Below, in pieces: positions 26,717 through 39,192 of a DNA stretch of 64,000 nucleotides. Source of the DNA: Monocercomonoides exilis PA203. Its lineage: Eukaryota > Protista > Preaxostyla. Both the position numbers and the translations under genes were made by a program. Every line of letters starts with the position of its first letter. Positions within the stretch are counted from its first letter, which is position 1. Below the pieces are notes generated by a model. The model was given only the letters and a program-made list of their open reading frames with translations, was not told the DNA's origin and did no database searches. The stretch is from positions 1,893,335-1,957,334 of the forward strand of contig LSRY02000009.1 in the NCBI GenBank assembly GCA_001643675.2, written 5' to 3'.

Positions 26717-27090
26717 ATTTATTTCACTCAAGAGCGAAAATTGGGGTACAAGAAAGCATTTGTTGGAAGCAAACACTTACTGGCTTGAGCAGCAGACGAA
26801 TCAAAAAAACGTCGTTCGTTTCAATTTAAAATTCAACAAAAACAAAATTACTCATCAAGAAGACCAGAACTTTAATATCAAATTGTATCCTATTTTTTCC
26901 TATCATTTAATAGTTTTCTTGTAGCATTCCCTATTTCAAACATTTCTGTTTTGCGAGAATATTTTTTTGAGGATTATATCATCCTTTCATCTCTTGTGCT
27001 TTTTTCAAGAAAGTTCATTAACTCTTTTCCTCGGGAATCTTGTGGTGAACACACAGATCTGAAAATTTGATGACCTCGTTTCTCATAGAA

Positions 27091-30000
27091 CTAATACGTC
27101 TTTATGGGCTTCGCTTCAATTTTCCTCCGTCGTATTTTGTTTCCAGAAGAGTGTCTGAGTTTGTAAAGAAAAAGAAGAAAATAAAAACAAAATTTACATA
27201 AGTGTATCACACTTGACAAAATATCGCGTTGTCTTTTGATTATTATCCGAGTTGTTTTGGAGGGAATCATATGAGTCATCTGTATGGTCTTTCAGAAATT
27301 TCATAAGTTCATCAATATTATTAAGTGAAGATCCATTGGGCAAGTTATTTTTAACACAGTTTGTCAGATTCCCGAATTCTCCATCACATTCACTTTTTCC
27401 ATGTTTTTCACTGAAAAAGGAAAGAGTTGTTCGTTTGCCTTTGACGGGAGAAGAGTTGTCAGAAAGGAGAAAATGCATAAGCTGGGAATACCGAAAGTGT
27501 GGCCCTGTATCACATTCAAAATGAAGAGTTTGCTTTTCTTTGACGATTTCATTTTCCAAAACTTGCTTCAGGCATTCAATGGTGAAACAGTAGTCGTGAG
27601 ATAGAGCGTTTGAGAAGAAGTTAAAAATGTGCTTTTCTTTGTCTCCTTTCTTGTTAACAATGTAAACAATTACACAAAAATGTGTGATTTCCTCTTTTTC
27701 GTAATAATCTCGGCTTATTTGATTTTTGCAAATTGGAAGCGTCCAATTTTCTTTAAAGTCGAACAAAACAAACGCCTCCGAAAAAGAAATGTTCTTTTTG
27801 ATTTGATGGAAGTGCTGACGTTGATTTGATGCAAGAAAACGATGCTTTTCAATAAGCCTTATTGTTTGTTGCTCTTGATCATTCAATGTTTGTGATTTTG
27901 TTTTCAGATATTCTTCTTTTTTCTTCAGATGATTGAACATTTCACATAAGTTGCACAAGTCAGTTCGCCAAGAAGCCCTTTTAAGGAATTTTGTCTTTTT
28001 GTAAAAAGAACTTTTTGACATTTTTATATTCGTGGTTTCCATTAACTTTCTGAAGAGCTGCGCTTTTGTTGCATTGATGATGCGAACTTTTTGTTTTTTA
28101 ATATGTGAATAAGAATTGTTTGGAGAACCATGAAAGAATGGATTATTGACGCTTGCATTTTGAGAATCTTGATGTCGATAATTGTGAAGGGTTGAAAAGT
28201 GTTGATTAGGATATGTTGATCTGTTTTTTGTTTCACTCAATTGGATGGATATAATCATTTCTGGAAAGAGAGATTGTTTTCCATGTGGTTTTGAAAATGC
28301 AGTTGAATTATGAGTGAGATGATTATTAATTGTTGAATTATTTGTTTCCCAGTCATTTGAGTTCGTTTGATAATTGCAATTAGAAGAAAATTCGTTGGAA
28401 AAAGGAAGAAATGAAGTGTCTATTTCAGATGAAGTGGAACATCCGGAAGGTCTATTTGACAAATCAAATAAGGTCGATTTTTTATGGTGATTTTCTGATG
28501 AAGAATGAACGTTTGTAATTTCATCATATGTTTTTGAAGGTGAAGTGGAATGATGTGAATTTCTCGTATAAGGATGAAGTGAATAAGAAGGATCTTGAAA
28601 TAAACCATCACAATTAATATTTACCGAACGAACATTTGTTTTCCTCTGATTCACGAATGAAATATTATTAGAAAAAGAACTTCCTTGATGTGACAGTCCC
28701 AATTGGAACAAATATGGTGAAGTAATATCAGAAACAGGAATGCATCCACGATTCTCCTGAGAATACACGATCATAAACGGAATTGAACCTTTGTTTATGT
28801 GAGAGTTTGTTTCTGTTGTAATTTCGTTATTAATGAAGGATATTTCTCCGTCGTTACAAATATACCAACTATCTTTGGATGATGTACATTTTGGCGATGG
28901 GCATCTGCTTCTACACATTGCATAAAAATGTCCACAATCTTTAGATCCTTGATGAAAAAGCAAGGCTACCAAACTGTAATTGTGGGAATTCTCTGTATAA
29001 GAACGATGAGAAATCATCGTTCCATTTAATTCAGAAAATGAGATTGCGGGTGGAACATTAAATATTCTCTTTTGGTTATCAATGTCGGATTCGAGAGTGA
29101 ATGTTAAAATGTGAGGGAATTGTTTTATTTTCATCGATGAAAATTGATTAGTAGTTTTTTGATATTGGACGCAGAAAGCTTCTCTGTTGTTGGTATTTGT
29201 TTAGCTTATCCTGAATGATTTGTTTAACTCGGAAATGACATCTCTCCCATGAAGTCGAATTAATGGGGTGGATTCAATCATTCCTAACTCTAACCTCCCG
29301 CATTCGTTGCACTTTCTGGGGTAGCAGATTTTGGCTGACATTTTATTTGTAATCATTGGAGTTATAGATGAAAGATCGCTAAACAAATTAGAAAATGTCT
29401 CATAGCATTCCTGTTGTTCACCGTTTTTGAGTCCATGCCTTTTTTCCCAGTTTCTTACGAAAGGCAAGGACCAAGATTGTGGGACATTATCATTGTTTAT
29501 GTTAACTGAAAAATCCAACGGTTGAACAATGTCCAGCAAACGATGAAAATAGTGTGAAATTTTCCCTTTTCGAGTACAAAATCGTTCTGAGTGGAAATAA
29601 ATAGAACGGAACACTTGTAACATTGAAGTAAGATAACAAGTGTTTCCCATGTTTGGTAACGGATAATAAGTATTGTATTCTCTCTGTGTTCCAGTTTGTG
29701 CAGCGTGCTGATTATTCTGTGAACAGCATTCGATGATTGATCTGCAAGAAGAAATTGAGCCTTGACTATTCTTTATAGAATTTTCATTGGTATCGTTGGA
29801 ATAATGCAGTTCTTCATTTTTTTCAATCTCCATATTTTCTCCATTATTACTTTGCGGTGCTAATTCTGATAAATCCAAATTTATTTCCGGTTCGAAACAG
29901 CTTTCTTCATCCATTTCGCATTGAACGTCCAAAAGCGAAATTTCATCATCTATCTCCATGTGAATGAATTCATTGTTTTTTGAATTGTTGGATTCCTCTT

Positions 30001-30843
30001 CTGTCTGCAAACATTCGCTTCTTGTGTTGTTCTCTGTGAAATAATGATATAGAGGATCTTCATCTTCTTCCATCTCGTCGCTGCAGTTTATGATTTTGAA
30101 ATCATCATCTATCTCCATTGAAGATTCTGAAAGTGATAATTCTTCAACACTTTTAATTAAAGTACACAATTAGAAGACAAACTGTTATTTTGTTGTGACA
30201 ACTTACAAATGCATTTCGATGATTCAGTTGAGTTTTCATTTATGAAATCAGTGAAAACTTTTTCATCTTCTGGACTCATCTCTATGAAAATGTTAATATA
30301 TAACAAAGAACAAATTTAAGATGAACAGTTTCACATTTTTTTCAATTAAGAATTAGATCAAACTTCGTTTTGATGGGGGAAGAGCAGCCTTTTTTGGAGT
30401 TAGAAAATCAAACGATGTGTACGAGCTATTATCCTTTGCGTGATAATAGCTTCCATGAGAGCATTCAAAGCCCAAATCGATCAATTGCGAGAGGGCATAT
30501 TCCTGGCAAACACATTTTAAAAGCGTCACTTTTGTATGTGGATTTTCTTCTCGATTATACGCAGACGCTAATCGCAAAATTACATATAGATTTCGATCTT
30601 CAGTAATTAAATATTTTAATGAGTTTAATTAATATAAATTTAAAATAAGAAAAACAAAAACAAACCGTTAAATATTTTTTGAATCTGGGGAAATATTTTT
30701 TTACCCGTATTTGTATGGAATAACATGTACTTCAGCATTTCCACACAGTCATTTGCAGATTTGTTTGTTAGATACTCCCAAACATTTCTGCATCTTTCGC
30801 TTTTCCTCGAGTTTGATAAAAGAGAAAACTTGATTCGTTCCAT
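27091..30843 (-). pseudogene. Sola2-type DDD transposase containing a ubiquitin-specific protease (peptidase C19) domain; multi-exon, one in-frame stop
   Basis: USP Cys box LPNMGNTCYLTSMLQ, QQECYE box, and His box YSLVALLFHQG..CGHFYA..WYICND. Transposase motifs SKSSFYK..TDLCNLC, FDFKEN, FECDTGPHF and FFSEKHGKSECDGEFG. ORFs 29201-30169 and 27194-29134 are in the same frame, separated only by TAA at 29201-29203. Confidence 0.8.
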
Positions 30844-32699
30844 GACTCAGCAAAAAATAGTTTATTCTTTGTGATAACAACGTTCCACAAATGGGATGAT
30901 CAGCCAAATCTTTTATCATTGAAAATATCAGTATTCGAAAAGCATTCTAAAATGTTTATATATGAAATTGAGTTTATGATATTAAGAGTTGCTTGATATT
31001 TAACAATATTGAACAGATGAAAGTTTATCTTGAGACAGCTTTCATTTGAAGAATTATCATGTTTTTGGGTTATTTCTGAAAAAATGTGACCAAAGGAAAG
31101 CGGGAAATGCATTTCTGTAAAGAAAAAGTGTGCGTTGCTTCTCCAACATGGACAACAAACAAGTCTGATTTTTTTTGAGTAATTTTGGTTTTCGTAATAA
31201 TGTAAAAATAAATAACGCAATATTTTTCCACATCATTATCATTATTTGTGTTAGCCATAATGAAAAATGAAGCTACAAATTTATTTGCGAAATGTTCCTG
31301 TTTATAAGAATATGGATTCCTTCTTGTCGAAATTTTCGAAAAGATCGCTTTAAATACAAGAAAATGCATTCCATTCAATCTTCGAAAATTCTTCTTTTCT
31401 CATCCTCCTTCATCATCATCATCATCTTCTTCTTCTTATCAGCATTCTTCATCAATCATTTCACTCAACTCACTTTTTCCTTCATCAGAATTCATTTTTC
31501 TTTCACAATTATCGAAAAAATACTTTTATCTCCTGTCATATTGCAACCTCATCTTCAAACAAACTTGTTTCTTCCTAAGCCAATATTGCTCAATTGCAGA
31601 GCTTCAGCAGATAATTTTTTCACAACTCTTCCATAATCACGCAACTCTTTCATTTTCCATTCGACAATCTTTCATTTCCGATCTTCAGCTTCCTTTCAAC
31701 TTTCAATCAACAGTCAATCTGTATCAAAATAATTATTCTAAAATGGCTGCACCAACTTCAAATTATTTATTCTACCTCAAAGGGTTCTGTGAAGCATTGT
31801 GTTTTCAGTTGGAATTGCTCTCAATTTGTGATTAGAGTTTTGGAGCAAGAATTTGGTTTATTCTTGTTTACCGTTTTTTTTTTAATTGTTCTTTTCAAAC
31901 TTATTGAGTTTTTGGACATGTTTAAAATATTTTAATAGTCACAAAAAATAAGCTTCAATGTTGATTTATGATCTTTTGGTTGCATTTTTAAAAAATATTA
32001 AAATTACAAATAAACAATTGAAAAGAGATATTCACAAAAGTCACTAATAACAAATGTGAACGACCAATTTAACAAAGGAAATGGTATATGCATGAGTAGT
32101 CAATTTGATTGTTTATACTGTACACTTCTCGAAAGAACTGAAGAAATCTGATAAACACTTGCAAACTTTATTGATGTTTCTTAGTCAAATACAAACATTC
32201 TGTTATGTCTCCTTTTATTTTGCAATCAATAAAATCGGAATTTTCTGAATATTAACTATTCAAAGTTCGATATCATCCAATTTGCAATGATATTTCAAAA
32301 AAAGAAAAAAAGAAAGAAAAAGAAAAAGGAAAACACAACGAAGTTTCATCATTTTGAGGTGAATGACTTCATCAACTGTTTGAACTTTCTGATGCGAAAA
32401 TTGAAGAAATCAAAGTGAAGTTTGTTGGTCAACTTTTAAAAAATTATCTCACATCTCTTACACATTTTAAATACAGGAAAACAGCACAGCATTATTCTTG
32501 TCGTTCTAATTTTTTTGACTTCGTCTTATTCTATTGAAGCAGAACGTAGATCTTCTTCTCCATTCAGGAGGCAGAGCAGCGAAGAAAAGAAAGCGGAAGG
32601 AGATGACAAGTAATTATCATCTTCATCTTCGCCTGCAATTAACTCTTCGTATTCGTCGGCGGTTTCGTCGTCATTCACGTCTGCAGTAGCGATGGACGA

Positions 32700-35600
32700 T
32701 ATCGATTGACGGATGCGGATTGCTGTGTCAGAAGAAGCTGGGGCGCATGCAAATCAAAAGAATTCGTAACGGAAGGAGCAACTGATGCTTCAAGGGATAT
32801 GTTGTGGCTCGGCGGGGAATGCTGAATGAAGGTGTTGTGCGTGCGTACGATATGGCGCTTTCGGCGATGCTTTCTGTTCCGTTTGTTGGTCAGGCTCCAT
32901 AGCTTGCAGCATCTGTGAGTACGAAGTCGGGAAGAAAGTGGATCGTTGCAGCGGCAGATGTGAATGTGCTCCCATCGATCTGCGATCTATTTGAACCTTC
33001 GCTGCTTCCGTCGGTGATAGCGCGGCTGGTGTCGCAATCACTGCAGTCGAGGCGTGTTGTGGAAAAGCTGGAAGGCAAAGGGATGGGATGAAGGAGAAGA
33101 GGAAAGGAGTGAAGAGGAAAAGATTGAAGAGGAAGAAAAGGAGAGAGCGAAGAATGAGAAGAAGGGGATTTAGAAGAGACTTTTTTCGCTGACGCAAATA
33201 ATTGGGATAGAGCGGATTGTCCCACTGCGTGATGTGAGCAAGAAGATGGTGATGAAGGAAATGAAGGCGATTCTGTTGGCTGATTTTCCTTATGGGGAAT
33301 ATGAGCTGTTAGAGTGGGCGACGGGGCTGCGGACGTCTATTTCGCTGAATGAGCCACTGAAGATGGTTGAAAACAACGAGAAAGATGGAATGAACGGGGA
33401 AAAAATGATCGAAAAATCGAAAGAAGATATCGATTGCGGTGTGAGACAGGACAACACATCGTTTCTAAATGGTATGAGGAAGATTTGGTGACGAGGAGGT
33501 GATGCTGCAGTTGTGATTGCGGGAGTTAGGCAGATGAGAGAAGGAGTGGAAGCAAGGAAAGAAGATGTGACTCTGAGCAACTGCACAGCAATTACACGTG
33601 TGTATGTGTTTGGGAGTGTGCTTGCGCATGTGTTTGATGCAGAGATGCAGCTTACGGTGTTGGAGGAAGGAAGTCAGGTGGAGGTGGAAACAGCAAAGGT
33701 TGCGGGGTCGTTCGACATGTCGGACAAGAGGCTGAACACAGAGCAAGAATACATTCAGCGAAGACAGATGGCAGCAGTGTGTTTGGGGAACACACTGGAT
33801 GCGCACTCTGTGCTGATGCACGGGGTTGTGACGCAGGAGACTTGGAGGAAGGAGGCGAGCGCATTTGCAGGGGACGCGATCTGCGGAGGAGCAGCAAGCG
33901 GAGAGATGATGGCAGACATGATGGCGAGGAAGAAGAAGATGATGATGATGAACGGGGCGATGGAAGGGGGAATGGGAGGAGTGCGGAACTGGAGGAGGAG
34001 CCTGGCAGACTGGAAGAACATTGACTTTTTGGGGGAAACGACGACACTTGTGTTGAAGCACCAGGGGAAAAGAAGAGGAGGCGTGTGGTTATCCCGATGG
34101 AGGTGATTGCAGTGAAGGGGCAGAGCACTGTGACTGTGGTATCGACAGACGATGAGTATTTAGTGGAGAAAAATGTATGATTGGATCTGAATCTGTGCCG
34201 TGGGAGAAGGAAAACGGAGGGAAGAGAAGGATGATTGAAAGAAATAAGGCTAATGAATGTGTTTGATTCGAAGAAGAATGTTTTGCAGAAGATGCACTCG
34301 GAGCTGATACTGAAAGAAAGTGTTGAAAAGAAGATATTGTGAAGCAATTGATGAAAACGAAGAGCAAGAGAAAAAGTAAGAAGAAAAGGAGAAAGAAGAG
34401 AAGGAGAAGAATTGCTGGAGAGGAGTTTGAGGAGGTGTGTGGCGCCGGTGGAGAAAGTGGAAAATCAGCTGAGGTTGCAGCTGATAGACAAGAAAGAAGA
34501 GGAGAAGGTGTTTGAGACTGCTCTTCGATCAGGACTGGAGGTTGAGTGGTTGATTGAGGCAGAAGAAGAAGAAGAAGAAAGAGGAAGAAAGAGCAGTGTG
34601 AAAGGAGCATCGGAGCGAGCATTCAACGAAGGAGGGGATTTGGGGAAGATGGAAGTGCAGGTGAGGGCGATGCAAGGGAAGATAATTCGAGTATGCGTGA
34701 AGAAGGAGACTACGGTGGAGGAGCTGAAGGAGCTTGTGCGGAAGAAAGAAGGGAATCCGCCTGACATGCAGAAGATTGTCTTCAACAATGTGCAGCTGAG
34801 TGACATGCGCACGATGAGCGGGTGGTTCATCCGGAACAACGAAAAGCTGAAGCTGATGCAGCGTCTGCTGGCGGGGTGCAACGGATGTTCAAGGGCAGAT
34901 GGGGCAGACGGGGCAGATGGAGAAAGGATCGAGGCCTGGAGCGAGAATGGCAATGCTGATGGTTGGGATGGCTAGGGCAGGGGCAGAGGCAGGATTAGGG
35001 CAGAGGCCGAGAATATAGATGCAGTCGAATGCATGGCAGAGGATAAGCAATGCTGGCGCGATGCTTCGTTGGGCAAATGACTTTTGTGGCTCTTTCTTAA
35101 TGGATATTCGATCAAATCCTCAGATGGCGATGCCTATGGGAATGCAGATGGAATCAGAGCATATGCGTAATGTTTTCACTTCTGCTTCTTGTGTTTCTTG
35201 CGACTCTTTTGGAGATGATGAGCTTTGTACCTGGAAAGAAGAAGAGAAAATTCCAGTTGCGATGTTCCAACAGGTGGAGAACATGAAGGAATACCGAGAG
35301 AACTAATATCATCGTGTCGCGCCATCTCATTCGATGCTGATTGAATGGAACCATTTCTTCCTGGACTATGCGTGATATCTGTTTGGGTGTACCGGGGAGT
35401 GGGTGGGCAGGGATACGCATGAGTGTGGGAGGTCTGTTCCTTTTGTGTCAGCGAATGTGATTGAATGCACCGATTCGTTTGCATCAGTGGCGTTTGTAGC
35501 AACGCTGACAGATGTTTGTGTGCACCCTGTTTGCGTGGAGAAAGCGATTGTGATGAGGGGAGGAAGAGCGAGTGTGTCTTTTTGGAGCATGACACAGCCG

Positions 35601-36410
35601 CAGTGCTGTTTGTGAAGGAGATGGAGGAATTTGAGGGAGTGAAAGAAGGAATTGAAGGAGAAGAAAAATGAGAAGGAGAAAAGGAAAGAGAAAGAGAATA
35701 AGAGAGACAAGTGAGGAAACAATGGCTGTTATTGAGTGGCTTGGGGAAACGAGTGGAGATGAAGCAGGTGGTTGTACAGGAGTTTGTGTATGATGTGAGC
35801 GAAGAGTGGGAGGTGAATGAGGGAGGGCGGAAGGCGAGAAAGTATGTGGAGTGGGAGAAGATGCGAGCGGGGCGCGTATATGCGTGCGATGTGGTGCTGA
35901 CAAACACGACGTCAGCGCAGAGGTCGGTGGAGGTGCTGATACAGGTGCCAGGACTGTCGATTGTACTGCAAAGGGGCAGTGCGACGAGGACACAGAGCGT
36001 TGTTCCGTGTGTGCATGGGATGCAGACGGTGTCGTATGTGGTCTATTTCCCGGAGAGTGGGGAGTTTGTGCACTATCAGGTGTTGGTTGCGATGCGGGGG
36101 CGGTATGTGTGCTGCAGCCGAGAGGGGATGCACCGGGTGAATGTGGAAGCAGAAGGTGTGGCTGGTGATAAAGAGGAAGCAAGCTTGTCATAGGAAAAAA
36201 GATGTTGCCATATGTGTGGAATACAACATCACCAGCCGAGTGCAAAAAGTTCGAGAAGAAGAAAAAGTCGACACACTCGATCCGTTCGTTCGAACAAATT
36301 TCAAAGATGGTAGGGCAGCGCTGATGAACGAGTCTAGATGGTTGAATGCAGAAGATGGAGACTCAAGAGGGTTGATGCTCAAGATAGTTGCACTTGACAT
36401 TTTTTGATGT
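32700..36410 (+). pseudogene. GC-rich degenerate gene with an internal ubiquitin-like domain; C-terminal motifs resemble the Dictyostelium AbpF-like large protein family
   Basis: Ubl at ~34650-34875 (MEVQVRAMQGKII...TVEELKELVRKKEGNPPDMQKIVFNNVQLSD.RTMS...LKLMQRLLAG). Later motifs KEYREN*Y, FFLDYA and YVVYFPESGEFVHY. Many stops. The family call is from memory. Confidence 0.55.
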
Positions 36411-37693
36411 TTTCTGGGTGACTTCTTCAAATACACTCCATTCAATAACAACATCTTGTTCAACTTCATTTTTTAATTCTTCTTGAACTCTTTCAAATGC
36501 TCAATTCACTTACTCCTTCCGGCTAAATATTCTTCATCGTCAAATAAAAAATGTTCAAAATTGTTATTGACAACATGAAATATTTCCCTCTGAAAATTCA
36601 CCGATCGTTGTAACTGTTATATTCAGAAGTTATATTTTTTGAGAATATTGCAACAAAAAAAACGAATTCAAAAAATCCAAAAATAAATTAAACTTTCAAG
36701 AAAAAACAAATTACAAACAACCAATTATAAAAATGCTTTTTTTGCTTAAATTTTTGTGAGATGTATTTGCTTATTCGAAACGTTGATATCAATTCTGAGA
36801 TTTGAAAATCTGTGATTGAATAAAATTTTGTATACGTATCTTAATATTTTATTTTCTCGAAAAAGAATCGAAACATTCATTGTAAATTTTATAAACATCG
36901 ATTTTCAAGATGGATCAAAAAGAAAAAACTCTTATTCACCAAAAATCAGCAATTGAAATTCTTATGAGATCAAAAAACATGAATTTTTAAATTTGATTGA
37001 TTGTCGATAAAATGAAGTTTGTGACATTTTTTAAAATATAATCATGATTACTTTTGTTTTTCAAGAATAACTGAAACTGAATGAAAAAAACAACGTCAAT
37101 GTTTCAATATTATGACAAAATGCCACAATTCAAGTTAAAAATAAAAGATTCAGAAGAGTTTCAAGTTTGATTTTAGGTTTATTGATTTTTAGATGTTTTC
37201 CGTTCAAATTCTTCACATGTTGATAACTTTCGAACGGAAAAAAATCAGACCGAAAATTTTGACAGAAAAAGTATGATCCCAAAAAGAATTACCCATATTT
37301 ATGTTTTCTGCTCAAATTCCATCTTTCTCACCATTGAAAAATATCATTGTTTTTCGTCTGAAAATATCATCTCCAATTCTCTTCCCACTCCCTTCACCCT
37401 GGGCACTTTTCGTATGAGTTCGCTCTCCCAACTCGGTGATCAGCCCGTACAACGATATATCCCGCTTTCATTCATTTTCATTCATTTCCACCTCCTGCCC
37501 TGAAAACAACACAAAAACATTCAACAGATAAATATTCATAAAAAGAAAAACAAATAAAGACCAAACTGCCCTTTGATTGCATTTTGCCAAACAGCTTCAT
37601 TCCCACAGCCATCATCATTCAAATATTCAATCTCTTCATTTCAGTCTCAGAATGATTGAATTGCAGCATGGAATGCATCTCCACAAAATACAT

Positions 37694-39192
37694 GGTATAA
37701 TCCGAAGATATCGTCATCTTCAGATCTTATTGAAAATTTGTTGGTAATTCAACAATACATTGAACATTGTTATTATGCTATTGTCGCATGTCGGAAGTTA
37801 ATGGTTTTGGAGAAAAAAATTTTTTTTTAATTTTTGTGATCAAAATAAATAATAGTGAAAAAAATATTAAGAGCGATATAATTCCATCAAATTTTAATGA
37901 AAAAAGTTGTATCCGATAAAAATGATGTGAAATAATCATCAATTATAATTTTGCGGGTTCATATTCAGATGCACTTTCACCATCTCCTGCTCCATTGTCA
38001 CTTTCTGACTCTGTTTTCTCTCCTTCAACTTTTTCACCAAAAATATCATCTATATCAGCAATTTCTTCAGATTCTTCTTCTTCAATTACGTTTTCATCTA
38101 TTTCTTTGTCATCATCGTCATCATTTTCCATGCAAAGGTACTTAACGAGTTCAGTGAAAGTGATGTCAAATGAAGATTTGACAAGATAAAGAGATAGATA
38201 ATCATGCATCAATCGAATGCGAGTTCCAAAAGACGGAAAAGTGCGTCGTAGATGATGCCACAACCCCTCAATTGTATTTGTGCATGCTCCCGTGTCCTTA
38301 TTGAAGAATTGCGTTTTGTGGCAAACTTTCAAATGCTTGTAACCCAGAGTCTCCAAAATGTTGTACGCTCTCCATTCATCAGACATAATTGTTGTCCCTT
38401 CCTTTATGTACTTCTGAATCAATGGAATGAATGTCTCTCTTTTTCTGTTTGGTACCACAACCATGAATCTTCTTCCAGCTCCTCCATCCTCTTTCCTCTC
38501 CACGCCTCCAAAAATCCAAATTTGTTTCTTCTTTCTTCCACGATGAAATTTTCTTTTCTTACATATTGCTTCGTCAATTTCTTCAATTTGCCTTCTCCAC
38601 CAATAGACACCTGCCTCTCATTCCATATGTCAGCACATGTTTTTCTGATGACACTTCCCCAATAGCCCACTGAGTCTTCATCGATATATAGTGACGTTGC
38701 AATTGTTTTATTAGGAATTTTCATCCATAATTCAGGAAAACAAGCAGAGTGACACCCAATCCTATTTTGGTTTTGCTGAATTTCGTATCAGAAAGGACGC
38801 TTGTCTTAGTCTTGCATGTCGGACAGGCAAAATATCTGTATTTTCCATTTTTGTGAATATGTTTGAAGACTCTATGCTTGCTGCACATCGGAATGCGATC
38901 ACTGACGATTTCATTAATGAACCAATCCCATGCCTTATCATCATTATAAAACAAACGATTGAGCTCGGATAATTCTTCTTTTCTGATGATTTTGATATCT
39001 CGCGCCATGAGATCAACTTTGATCAAAACACATAAAATGAATAAAAAATTAAATTATTGCGGGATATTTTTTTTTTTTGAAAACACATTTCCGACACATA
39101 AAACTATTTTATTTATTGTTATAATATGATAATAAGACAAAATAATTACAAATTTGTGAATTTTGAAGATGACGATATCTTCGGATCATGCC
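37694..39192 (-). mobile_element. Merlin DNA transposon, full length with frameshifted transposase
   Basis: 29-bp TIR GGTATAATCCGAAGATATCGTCATCTTCA (2 mismatches) and perfect 8-bp TSD AAATACAT (37686-37693 and 39193-39200). Motifs CSKH..CPTC, TIMSDEWRAY, VCHK and CTNTIEGLW, plus an acidic tail. Confidence 0.95.

Larger units (their letters stand above)
22176..37294 (-). mobile_element. Putative 15.1-kb Sola2-like element with transposase and cargo
   Basis: 29-bp inverted repeats with 1 mismatch: GGGTAATTATTTTTGGGATCATACTTTTT (22176-22204) and 37266-37294. ATAT lies outside both ends. A Sola2-type transposase gene is in the middle. Confidence 0.6.

Noticed and set aside
29201-29203. In-frame TAA as evidence of stop-codon reassignment (as in Streblomastix)
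   Set aside because: The intact nucleotidase has no internal TAR and ends in TAA. A nearby Zn-finger Cys is also mutated, so simple decay is likelier.
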